64,000 nt of DNA from an uncultured Actinomycetota bacterium (GTDB lineage Bacteria; Actinomycetota; Actinomycetes; Mycobacteriales; Pseudonocardiaceae): assembly GCA_963766045.1 (NCBI GenBank), contig CAVXYN010000001.1, positions 3,004 through 67,003 of the forward strand. The letters run 5' to 3'. The position numbers were made by a program, and so were the translations under genes. Of the stretch, positions 1 through 14,805 are shown piece after piece (position 1 is the stretch's first letter; every line of letters begins with the position of its first letter). The notes beneath the pieces are model-generated. The model worked only from the letters and a program-made list of their open reading frames with translations, ran no database searches and was not told where the DNA came from.

Positions 1-571
1 GCAGCCGGCAGCCATGCTCGCGGTGGAGGTGCAGGTAGTCCTGGGACTGGAGCAGCAGGTAGCTGAACTCCGTGTAGGACATGCCGTCGGTTTCCAGCCG
101 CCGCTTCACCGTCTCACGGTTGAGCATGGTGTTGACCGGGAAATGCTTGCCGACGTCACGCAGGAACTCGAGGACGCTTTGGGGGCCGGTCCAGTCGAGG
201 TTGTTCACGATGACCGCGCCGGTCGCCGAGCCGTCGAAGTCGACGAACCGCTCGAGCTGACCGCGGATGCGGCCGGCCCATTCGGCGACCGTGTCGAGCG
301 TGTTGAGCGTGCGCTCCCCCGTGTCGCGCGGGTCGCCGATCATCCCGGTGGCGCCGCCAGCCAGCACGATCGGCCGGTGCCCGGCCTTCTGGAACCTCGA
401 CAGCATGAGCAGCGGGACCAGGTTTCCGGCGTGCAGGCTGGGCGCGGTCGGGTCGAACCCGCAATAGAGGGTGAGAGGCCCTTGGTCGAGGTCTCGCCGC
501 AGCGCTTCGGCGTCGGTGGATTGCGCGATCAGGCCGCGCCAGGACAGCTCGTCAAGGATGTGCTCACTCAC
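1..571 (-). CDS. tyrS: tyrosine--tRNA ligase, N-terminal part (3' end runs off the window)
   Basis: Absent from the ORF track because it is open at the window edge. Hand translation of the minus strand from GTG 571..569 gives [81 protein letters not shown]... This includes the class-I HIGH-type region typical of bacterial TyrRS. It sits next to mpg, as in mycobacteria. Confidence 0.9.
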   Translation of the reverse strand, partial: MSEHILDELSWRGLIAQSTDAEALRRDLDQGPLTLYCGFDPTAPSLHAGNLVPLLMLSRFQKAGHRPIVLAGGATGMIGDPRDTGERTLNTLDTVAEWAGRIRGQLERFVDFDGSATGAVIVNNLDWTGPQSVLEFLRDVGKHFPVNTMLNRETVKRRLETDGMSYTEFSYLLLQSQDYLHLHREHGCRL

Positions 572-603
572 GCCTGTAGATCCTCCCGCACCAGGTCAAC
601 CGA

Positions 604-1239
604 CTATCGGCCGGGGGCCGCGGCCCGCCGCTTCCCGCCGCGCCGGTAGGCCGACACGGCGGGGGATCCATCGACCCAGAATCGCCACGGCGTGTCCATC
701 GCCATGGCGACGCCGACCCTCGGACCGGTGCGAATGCTCGAAGGTGGCACCCGCTCGCCGGTGAACAGCCGGACGGGTGACGCCGGGTCGGTCAGGTCGA
801 CGCCGTTTTCGGCGCGGTCGATACCGAGCACTGAAGTCAGGATGGCCGGTCCCCTGGCGAGTTCGCCGTTCCCCCTGGCGGATGGCCTCCGCGCGCCGGC
901 CACGTCGGCCCCGGACACCACCTCTCCGGCCCGCAACAGCACGGCGCCCGGCCTGCCGTCGTCGGTGCCGACGACATTCGCGCAGAAGTGCATGCCGTAG
1001 ACGAAGTACACGTACAGGTGACCGGCCGGGCCCCACATGACCGCGTTGCGCGGGGTGCGGCCGCGGTAGCAGTGGGACGCGGGATCGTCGAGTCCGCGGT
1101 AGGCCTCGACTTCGACCAGACGGACCGCCACCGTGCCGTCCGGGCCTGCCGATTCGATCACCGCGCCGAGCAGGAGCGTGGCCAGATCGACCGGGTCCAG
1201 CTCCAGCTCCCGCCGGGTGAACTGCCTGCCCGTCACCAC
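604..1239 (-). CDS. mpg: DNA-3-methyladenine glycosylase (Mpg/AAG family)
   Basis: 211-aa ORF containing VEVEAYRG..DPASHCYRGRTPRNAVMWGPAGHLYVYFVYGMHFCANVV, characteristic of the AAG/Mpg family. Confidence 0.9.
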   Translation of the reverse strand: MVTGRQFTRRELELDPVDLATLLLGAVIESAGPDGTVAVRLVEVEAYRGLDDPASHCYRGRTPRNAVMWGPAGHLYVYFVYGMHFCANVVGTDDGRPGAVLLRAGEVVSGADVAGARRPSARGNGELARGPAILTSVLGIDRAENGVDLTDPASPVRLFTGERVPPSSIRTGPRVGVAMAMDTPWRFWVDGSPAVSAYRRGGKRRAAAPGR

Positions 1240-1307
1240 GTTGCGTTCTCCCCGTTGTCGTGATCTCCCTGTTCCGAACCCTATCCGGATGCCTGAACAA
1301 CCTGGGT

Positions 1308-1359
1308 ATTGAGCGATCGCTCAATCATGGTCTACAGTGCTTTTGAGCGGTCGCTCAAA
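1308..1359 (+). promoter_or_regulatory. Two palindromic operator copies flanking a -10-like TACAGT; probable TetR operator/promoter
   Basis: ATTGAGCGATCGCTCAAT (1308-1325) is a perfect 18-bp palindrome. TTTGAGCG-GT-CGCTCAAA lies at 1342-1359. TACAGT lies at 1333-1338, and the RBS GGAGGGGAGG precedes ATG 1376. Confidence 0.6.
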
Positions 1360-1375
1360 CTGGAGGGGAGGCTCG

Positions 1376-1951
1376 ATGAGCCGGAGAGCGCTTTACGTCG
1401 AGACGGTGATCCGGACCGACCTGGAGACACTGTGGCGGTACACCCAGGACCCGGAACTGCACGAACGCTGGGACCTCCGCTTCGCGCGGATCGAGCCGCT
1501 GCCCGGCTCGCCGGGACGGTTCCTCTACGCGACGAAGTTCCTGGGCCTCGTCATCAGCGGTACGGGATCTCACGCCGGCGAACGCACGCGGCCCGACGGC
1601 AGCCGAACCTCCGCGCTTCGGTTCGCCTCGGACGACGCGCTGTCGCTGATCGAATCCGGCTCCGGGTACTGGCGGTACACCCCGACGGACGACGGCGTCC
1701 GGTTCGTCACCGGCTTCGACTACAGCACCCGATGGGGTGCCTTCGGGTGGTTCACCGACCTGCTGTTCCGGCCACTCTTCGGGTGGATGACGGCGTGGTC
1801 GTTCGACCGCTTGCGGCTCTGGCTCGAGACCGGTGCCCGTCCCGAAGAACTCCCCCTACTCGCGCCGTCCGCTGCCCGCTGTCGCCGGCATCCGCGAACC
1901 GGCAAGGACGGCACCGCACCCCGGATCCTCACCACCTTGGAGCGAGCATGA
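1376..1951 (+). CDS. SRPBCC (START/polyketide-cyclase-like) family protein
   Basis: Taken from ORF 1337..1951. I prefer ATG 1376 because a strong SD precedes it. The stop overlaps the next start (ATGA at 1948-1951). The family call is from general sequence resemblance only. Confidence 0.65.
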   Translation: MSRRALYVETVIRTDLETLWRYTQDPELHERWDLRFARIEPLPGSPGRFLYATKFLGLVISGTGSHAGERTRPDGSRTSALRFASDDALSLIESGSGYWRYTPTDDGVRFVTGFDYSTRWGAFGWFTDLLFRPLFGWMTAWSFDRLRLWLETGARPEELPLLAPSAARCRRHPRTGKDGTAPRILTTLERA

Positions 1952-2619
1952 TCTTCGAACAAGCCCTGGGCGCCGACTTCGCCTCACTACATCCGCGGAT
2001 GCGTGAGCGGCTTTCCCTGAGCACGGCGAACGGTGTCGGGATGATCGGCGTCGGCGTGATGGACGAGATCTGGCGCGGCGCCGCCTTCGCCACCCCGTTC
2101 CTGCGGCTCGGCGCGTCCCGGCACATCCTGTTCCCCGAACGCGGCCGGAACGTGCCGTTCACCATCGAGAACTATCCGTACGTCGACTCGCTCGGCCGGG
2201 AAACGGTGTCGTTCGTCCGCACTTTCGAGCTGCCGGAACGGCGCCGTCGCTTCGACGCGCAGATGGTCTACAGCCCCGAACGCGGGAAGATCGTCGACTA
2301 CCTAGGCACCCATCAGCATGTGGCCGTCGATCTCGACATCACCGTCCGGCCGGACGGTGGCTTCCACATCCGTTCGGAGGAATTCCGGCTGTGCGAAGGT
2401 CCGCTTCGGTTCGTCGTGCCGCCTGCCGTCGTCGGCGTGGCCGAGGTCGACGAATGGTTCGACGACGAAAGCGGTCTGTTCCGGATCGAGATCAAGGTGG
2501 TGAACCGGCGGTTCGGTCCGCTTTTCGGTTACCAGGGCGCGTTCGAAGCGCGGTTCGTCGATCTGCGAACGGGGGTGAGCGGGGCGGTCAAGCCGTTGCG
2601 TGAGAAGGTCCTGGACTGA
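1948..2619 (+). CDS. DUF4166-like protein
   Basis: This is the in-frame distal part of ORF 1309..2619, starting at ATG 1948 (MIFEQALGADFASLHPRMRERL...). The upstream part of that ORF overlaps the SRPBCC gene in another frame and is not credible. Confidence 0.65.
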   Translation: MIFEQALGADFASLHPRMRERLSLSTANGVGMIGVGVMDEIWRGAAFATPFLRLGASRHILFPERGRNVPFTIENYPYVDSLGRETVSFVRTFELPERRRRFDAQMVYSPERGKIVDYLGTHQHVAVDLDITVRPDGGFHIRSEEFRLCEGPLRFVVPPAVVGVAEVDEWFDDESGLFRIEIKVVNRRFGPLFGYQGAFEARFVDLRTGVSGAVKPLREKVLD

Positions 2620-3254
2620 TGAACGGGCCCAGCACGAAACAGCGGCTGATCGACGGCACCCTGGAGACGATCCGGGCCAGCGGGATCACCGCGGTTTCGG
2701 CGCGAACGGTGGCCACCGCGTCGGGGGCGAACCAGGCGCTGATCTTCTATCACTTCGGCAGTGTCGAAGAGCTGATCGCGCAGGCCTGCATCACCGCGAC
2801 AGAAGCCCGCGTCACCCACTACCGTGCCCGGTTCGCCGGCGTGAGCACGGTCGGTGAACTGTTGGAACTGGGGCGGACCATCCATGCGGAGGAACGCGCC
2901 GAGGGGAATATGGCGGTCCTCGCCCAGACTCTCGCCGGGGCGCAGGGCGGCGGACGGCTGGCCGAAGCGACGCGGCAGGCGCTGGACAAGTGGGTCCACG
3001 AGGTGCGGTCCACCTTGGACCGGGTGCTCGCCGGGTCGCCGCTGCTCGAAGTGGCCGATACCCAGGGACTCGCGCATGCGGTCTCGGCCGGTTTCCTCGG
3101 GCTGACGCTGTTCGAGTCGGTCAATCCCGAGGGCAGCGAGCAGGCGCTGGAAGCATTGGGACAGCTGGCCGTCCTGATCGACGTCCTCGAGGGACTCGGA
3201 CCGGTCGCGACCCGCGCTATGCGCGCGAAGCTCCGGAAAACCGCGAAGCGGTAA
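2619..3254 (+). CDS. TetR family transcriptional regulator
   Basis: The N-terminal HTH region (TKQRLIDGTLETIRASGITAVSARTVATASGANQALIFYHFGS) is typical of TetR. The start overlaps the previous stop (TGATG). Confidence 0.9.
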   Translation: MNGPSTKQRLIDGTLETIRASGITAVSARTVATASGANQALIFYHFGSVEELIAQACITATEARVTHYRARFAGVSTVGELLELGRTIHAEERAEGNMAVLAQTLAGAQGGGRLAEATRQALDKWVHEVRSTLDRVLAGSPLLEVADTQGLAHAVSAGFLGLTLFESVNPEGSEQALEALGQLAVLIDVLEGLGPVATRAMRAKLRKTAKR

Positions 3255-3256
3255 TG

Positions 3257-3307
3257 CCGTGAAGGCCTCCTTCCCTACCCTGAGAGTAGGTAAGGAGGCC
3301 TTCACGG
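3257..3307. repeat. Family-A intergenic palindrome (bidirectional terminator-like hairpin) between convergent TetR and argH
   Basis: CCGTGAAGGCCTCCTTCCCTAC-CCTGAGA-GTAGGTAAGGAGGCCTTCACGG has 22-bp arms with 1 mismatch. It lies 3 nt after the TetR stop and 6 nt before the argH stop. Confidence 0.8.
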
Positions 3308-3312
3308 AACGC

Positions 3313-4755
<1,443 letters not shown>

Positions 4756-4767
4756 TCAGATGACTTC

Positions 4768-7415
<2,648 letters not shown>

Positions 7416-7419
<4 letters not shown>

Positions 7420-8329
7420 GGGAGCTCCGTTTCGGGGAAAACCATGGTACCGATGCCGCGCGAGGTGAAGACCTCCAGCAGCACGGAATGGGCGATGCGG
7501 CCGTCGATCACGTGCGCGCGGCGGACACCGCCGCGGATGGCGCGCACGCAGGCCTCCATCTTCGGGATCATGCCGCTGGCCAGGCCGGGCAGCAGGGTCT
7601 CGAGGCGGTCGACACGGACGCGGTCGACCAGCGAACTGCGGTCCGGCCAGTTGGCGTAGAGCCCCTCGACATCGGTGAGAACAACGAGTTTCTCCGCACC
7701 GAGTGCGGCGGCCAGCGCCCCCGCGGCGGTGTCGGCATTGATGTTGTGCACGACGCCGTCGATGTCCGGGGCCACCGTGGAGACCACCGGGATGCGCCCG
7801 GCGTTGACGATGTCGAGCACCGCGTCCGGGTTGACCTCGGAAACCTCGCCGACCAGGCCGATGTCGACCGGTTCACCGTCCACAGTGGCCTGTTTGCGCT
7901 CGGCGGTGAACAGCCGCGCGTCCTCACCGGAGATGCCGACGGCATACGGGCCGTGCGCGTTGATCAGCCCGACGAGCTCACGGCTGACCTGTCCGACCAG
8001 CACCATCCGCACGATGTCCATCGTCTCGGGCGTGGTGACGCGCAGGCCGCCTTTGAACTCGCCTTCGACGCCGAGCCGGTTGAGCATCGCGGTGATCTGC
8101 GGGCCTCCGCCATGTACGACCACGGGGCGCAGGCCGGCCAGTCGCAGGAACACCATGTCCTCGGCGAAGGCCTGCTTCAGGCTCTCGTCGATCATGGCGT
8201 TGCCGCCGTACTTCACCACGACGGTGGCACCGTGGAACCGCTGCAGCCAGGGGAGGGTCTCGATCAGGATCGCGGCCTTCTCCGAAGCCGTCGCGAGCCG
8301 CTCGTCAGCGGAAACCGTGGATTCGGAGG

Positions 8330-8333
<4 letters not shown>
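7416..8333 (-). CDS. argB: acetylglutamate kinase
   Basis: 305-aa amino-acid kinase family protein ([19 protein letters not shown]). The ATG overlaps the argJ stop. Confidence 0.95.
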
Positions 8334-11580
<3,247 letters not shown>

Positions 11581-11587
11581 ACCTGCC

Positions 11588-11662
11588 GAGTCCACTGTGG
11601 ACTCAGGCGGATATCCGGGACCGCGAGGGCCTCCCCGGGAAACCCCGGAATGACCCTCGCGG
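11588..11662. terminator. Two hairpins between convergent genes
   Basis: GAGTCCA-CTG-TGGACTC lies at 11588-11604. CCGCGAGGG...CCCTCGCGG (11621-11662) has an inner CCGGG/CCCGG stem. No U-tract is present. Confidence 0.4.
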
Positions 11663-11671
11663 CCGCCGAGG

Positions 11672-12160
11672 TCAGCCGGGATCACCTCCCAGCCGCTGGC
11701 TCGGCGGAACCGGCAGATACTCGCCCCGGTTCTCCGGGTCGCAGCCGACCCGGGGCAACCGGGCGCGAATCCCGCCAGGGGTCCGTTCGAACGACCGCGC
11801 GATCTCCTCGACGCTTTCCCCTGCCAGCCAACGACCTTCCAGCTCGGCGTCCAGATCCTCGGACCACGGCATACCCTGCTGCGCAGGGCGATCACCCGGT
11901 CTTCGGCGCTGGCCCTTGCCCTGCCCGGCGAACGCCAGCAGGGTGTCGGAAAGAACCGTCGCCAAGGTCGGCACGGCTTCGGCGTCGATGTCGAGCTGTC
12001 CCTCGACGATCGGCTCCTCCTGCGGACCGGTGCCGCCGACCATGACGGTCACCCAGCGGTCTTCACCGGCCGCGCCGCCACCCGGATGGGCGGCGACCTC
12101 GATGCGATAAACGGAATCGTGCACGCGGATCTCGGTCCGGTGCTCTTCGACAATGGTCAT
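11672..12160 (-). CDS. hypothetical protein with C-terminal HTH-like segment
   Basis: 162-aa ORF with host-like codon usage. The C-terminal WSEDLDAELEGRWLAGESVEEIARSFERTPGGIRARL resembles a Myb/sigma-region-4-like helix-turn-helix. I recognised no family. Confidence 0.5.
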   Translation of the reverse strand: MTIVEEHRTEIRVHDSVYRIEVAAHPGGGAAGEDRWVTVMVGGTGPQEEPIVEGQLDIDAEAVPTLATVLSDTLLAFAGQGKGQRRRPGDRPAQQGMPWSEDLDAELEGRWLAGESVEEIARSFERTPGGIRARLPRVGCDPENRGEYLPVPPSQRLGGDPG

Positions 12161-12226
12161 GCCGGCACGCTAACGCGCACCCCCGACAATTCCTCCCCAC
12201 TCGGCGTGAAAGCCCGTCGCCGCAAC

Positions 12227-12333
12227 GCAATGAAGGGGCCTTTCATCGCAGATTTCTGGATGAAGGCTGGGCGCGAAGCGCCTCCGTTGAGGGTGGCGGC
12301 GGGGGCATGGATGGAGAAAGGCCCCTTCATTGC
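12227..12333. repeat. Family-A composite palindrome
   Basis: Perfect 18-bp inverted arms GCAATGAAGGGGCCTTTC (12227-12244) and GAAAGGCCCCTTCATTGC (12316-12333) are separated by 71 nt. The spacer contains a third ATGAAGG copy at 12260. Confidence 0.75.
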
Positions 12334-12340
12334 GTCCAGA

Positions 12341-13948
12341 TCAGAAGGGAAGGGCCGAAGCCACGGCGTCCTTCCGCACCTCGGCACCCGAAGGAGCCTC
12401 GGCCTTCCGCGTAGCGGCGGCGGCCCCTTCCGGAACCGGCGGCGGGACCGGAGTGCACTGCACGTCCGAACCGTTGCCCGCCTTACGCGTGGGCAGCTTT
12501 CCGGTCAGCAGGTAGTCCGCGATCTTGTCGTCCACACAGGACACACCGGACAGCGAACCGGAGTGGGTGGTGCCGCCGGGCGCGCTGATCAGGCTGGAGT
12601 TCGGGTAGCGCTTGCGGACCTCGAGGCTGCCGGGGTACGGCGTAGCGGCGTCGTTCTCTTCGTTGACCAGCAGGATGCCGGGTACCTTGCGGCCGTCGAT
12701 CTCCACCGGCTTGCCCGGCTTGGCGGGCCAGTTCAGGCACGGCGCGTTGAACCAGGCGTTACCCCAGGTCTCGAACGGGGCGCGGAAATGCGTGACCCAG
12801 TTGTCGAACTTCCAGCGCGTCCAACTCTGCGGCCACTGGACGTCCGTGCACTGCACGGCGGCGTAGACCGCGTAGCCGTTGTCGTTGCCGGGAGGGTTCG
12901 AGTCGTCGTAGAGGTCCTTCAGGGTCTGCCAGTCACCCTTCTGAACCCAGCCGGAGAACGCCTTCGCCATGTTCTCCCAGCCGAACACGTAGTACCCGGC
13001 CTGAAGGAAGATGTCGTTCCACTCCGAACCGCCGATCACCCCGCCCGCGGGCTTTTCGTACAGCTTCTTCTGCTCGGCGTACCAGAGCTTCTCCACCGCG
13101 GCACCGGTCTTGCCGAGGTGGTAGAGGTCGTCGTACTTGGCGAGCCAGCCGAAGTAGGTCTTGATGTTCTTGTCGAAGGCGACATCCTGGTTCAGGTTCG
13201 CCTGGTACCAGACGTCGCGGGGGTCGACGGTGCCGTCGAAGACCATCCGGCGCACGTTCTGCGGGTACAGCGTGCTGTAGACCTGGCCGAGGTAGGTGCC
13301 GTAGGAGAAGCCGTAGTAATTGATCTGCTTCTCACCGAGCGCCTTGCGCAGGCTGTCGACGTCCTTCGCGACGTCGATGGTCTTGATGTGCTCGAGGATC
13401 GCGCCGTTCTTGGCGCACGCCTTCGCGTAGCCCTTCGCCTTGTCGAGCCACGCCTTCTCGATGGCGCGCGTGGTCGGCACGTACTGCGGGCGGTTGTAGG
13501 AGGCGTAATTGCCGTCGCAGGTCAGCGAGGGCTTGCTCTCGCCGACACCGCGCGGGTCGAAGCCGATCCAGTCGTACTCCTCGCCCGCCTTCTTGGGGAC
13601 GTACTTGCCGAGCGTCGACAGGCCGAGGCCGGAACCACCGGGGCCACCGGGGTTGACCACCATGATTCCCTGCGACTGCGCGGATTTGTGCTTGACCCGC
13701 GAGACGGCGATCGAGATCTTCTCCCCGCCCGGCTTGGCGTAGTCCAGCGGGACTTCGAGGAAGCCGCATTCCGCGCCGGCTTTGACCAGGCTGTCCCGGG
13801 TACAGGCGCCCCAGTTGATGGGCGCCGGATCGAAGTCCTGCGCCGAGACGGCGGTCGCGGAGGGAGCGATCGCCATGGTGCCTATGGCGATTCCCGCGAC
13901 CGCGAGGGCGGCAACGAATTTCTTCACGATATTCCTTTTCGTCCGCAT
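12341..13948 (-). CDS. secreted alpha/beta-hydrolase, tripeptidyl-aminopeptidase-like (S33, Tap/SlpD type)
   Basis: 535 aa with a signal peptide (MRTKRNIVKKFVAALAVAGIAIGTMAIAPSATA), the nucleophile elbow GFSYG, and overall resemblance to Streptomyces Tap. Confidence 0.8.
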   Translation of the reverse strand: MRTKRNIVKKFVAALAVAGIAIGTMAIAPSATAVSAQDFDPAPINWGACTRDSLVKAGAECGFLEVPLDYAKPGGEKISIAVSRVKHKSAQSQGIMVVNPGGPGGSGLGLSTLGKYVPKKAGEEYDWIGFDPRGVGESKPSLTCDGNYASYNRPQYVPTTRAIEKAWLDKAKGYAKACAKNGAILEHIKTIDVAKDVDSLRKALGEKQINYYGFSYGTYLGQVYSTLYPQNVRRMVFDGTVDPRDVWYQANLNQDVAFDKNIKTYFGWLAKYDDLYHLGKTGAAVEKLWYAEQKKLYEKPAGGVIGGSEWNDIFLQAGYYVFGWENMAKAFSGWVQKGDWQTLKDLYDDSNPPGNDNGYAVYAAVQCTDVQWPQSWTRWKFDNWVTHFRAPFETWGNAWFNAPCLNWPAKPGKPVEIDGRKVPGILLVNEENDAATPYPGSLEVRKRYPNSSLISAPGGTTHSGSLSGVSCVDDKIADYLLTGKLPTRKAGNGSDVQCTPVPPPVPEGAAAATRKAEAPSGAEVRKDAVASALPF

Positions 13949-14112
13949 TCGACCCGGTCAGGGTGAAGCTACCGAGAACCGGCTTCAATCTCGCCGACCG
14001 ACACGTCCGCCGCCATCCCTCTTTAGTCGGTATCCGCCACCCGATCCGGGCATATCCGTCTTGTCGGTCCTTTGCCGTACGCTCGCGGCGCCGTGTCGGA
14101 GAGGAGTGCGGA

Positions 14113-14805
14113 ATGGACAGGGTGAAAAGCCTGATTTCGGCCGTTCGCAGCGGTTTGGCCGAACTATCCGACCCGGAGAAGGCGCCGGGGATGCGGGCGT
14201 ACATGAAGTCGGAGATGGCGTTCCTCGGCGTGCAGAATCCGGCGCGCGTGGCCTTGCTGAAACGGGTGATCCCCGAGAATCCGTTACCTGATCGGGTCAG
14301 CTTCTGTGCCGCTGTCCTGACGTTGTGGCGCGAAGCGGAATTCCGTGAGGAGCGGTATATCGCGGTCGCCCTTTCCGGGCACCGCGCGTACGCGTCCTGG
14401 CAGGACAGCTCGCTCCTCGACATGTACGAGGAGATGATCGTGACGGGCGCTTGGTGGGACTACGTCGACGAAGTCGCCATCCGGCGGATCGGGCCGATCC
14501 TGCGAGCCGAGCGCGCGAAGGTGACCCCGCTGATGCTGAGCTGGTCGCGTGACGAGGACAAATGGCGCCGTCGCACCTCGGTGATCTGCCAGATCGGCTC
14601 GAAGGACCAGACCGACACCGACCTGCTCACCCGGACCATCGAAGCCAACGTCGAGGATAAGGACTTCTTCCTGCGCAAGGGAATCGGCTGGGCGCTGCGC
14701 GAGTACGCGAAGACCGAGCCGGACTGGGTGCGCGCCTTCGTCACCGCGCACCCCGGCCTCTCCGGGCTGTCCCGCCGAGAGGCCCTCAAACACCTCGGGG
14801 GTTGA
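14113..14805 (+). CDS. DNA alkylation repair protein (AlkD-like HEAT-repeat family)
   Basis: ATG 14113 follows GGAGAGGAG. The motifs DPEKAPGMRAYMKSEMAFLGV, WWDYVDEVA and FFLRKGIGWALREYAKTEPDWV are typical of the DNA_alkylation family. Confidence 0.85.
   Translation: MDRVKSLISAVRSGLAELSDPEKAPGMRAYMKSEMAFLGVQNPARVALLKRVIPENPLPDRVSFCAAVLTLWREAEFREERYIAVALSGHRAYASWQDSSLLDMYEEMIVTGAWWDYVDEVAIRRIGPILRAERAKVTPLMLSWSRDEDKWRRRTSVICQIGSKDQTDTDLLTRTIEANVEDKDFFLRKGIGWALREYAKTEPDWVRAFVTAHPGLSGLSRREALKHLGG

Noticed and set aside
12157-12387. Recurrent peptide-like strings MKGPF / MNGPF / MKASFPTLRVGKEAF appear in both strands at the palindromes (also at 24662..24865 and 3259..3305). They might suggest small conserved peptides.
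   Set aside because: The same peptide appears on both strands only because the DNA is palindromic. No RBS is present, the ORFs are short and end arbitrarily, and the elements sit directly after stop codons like terminators.
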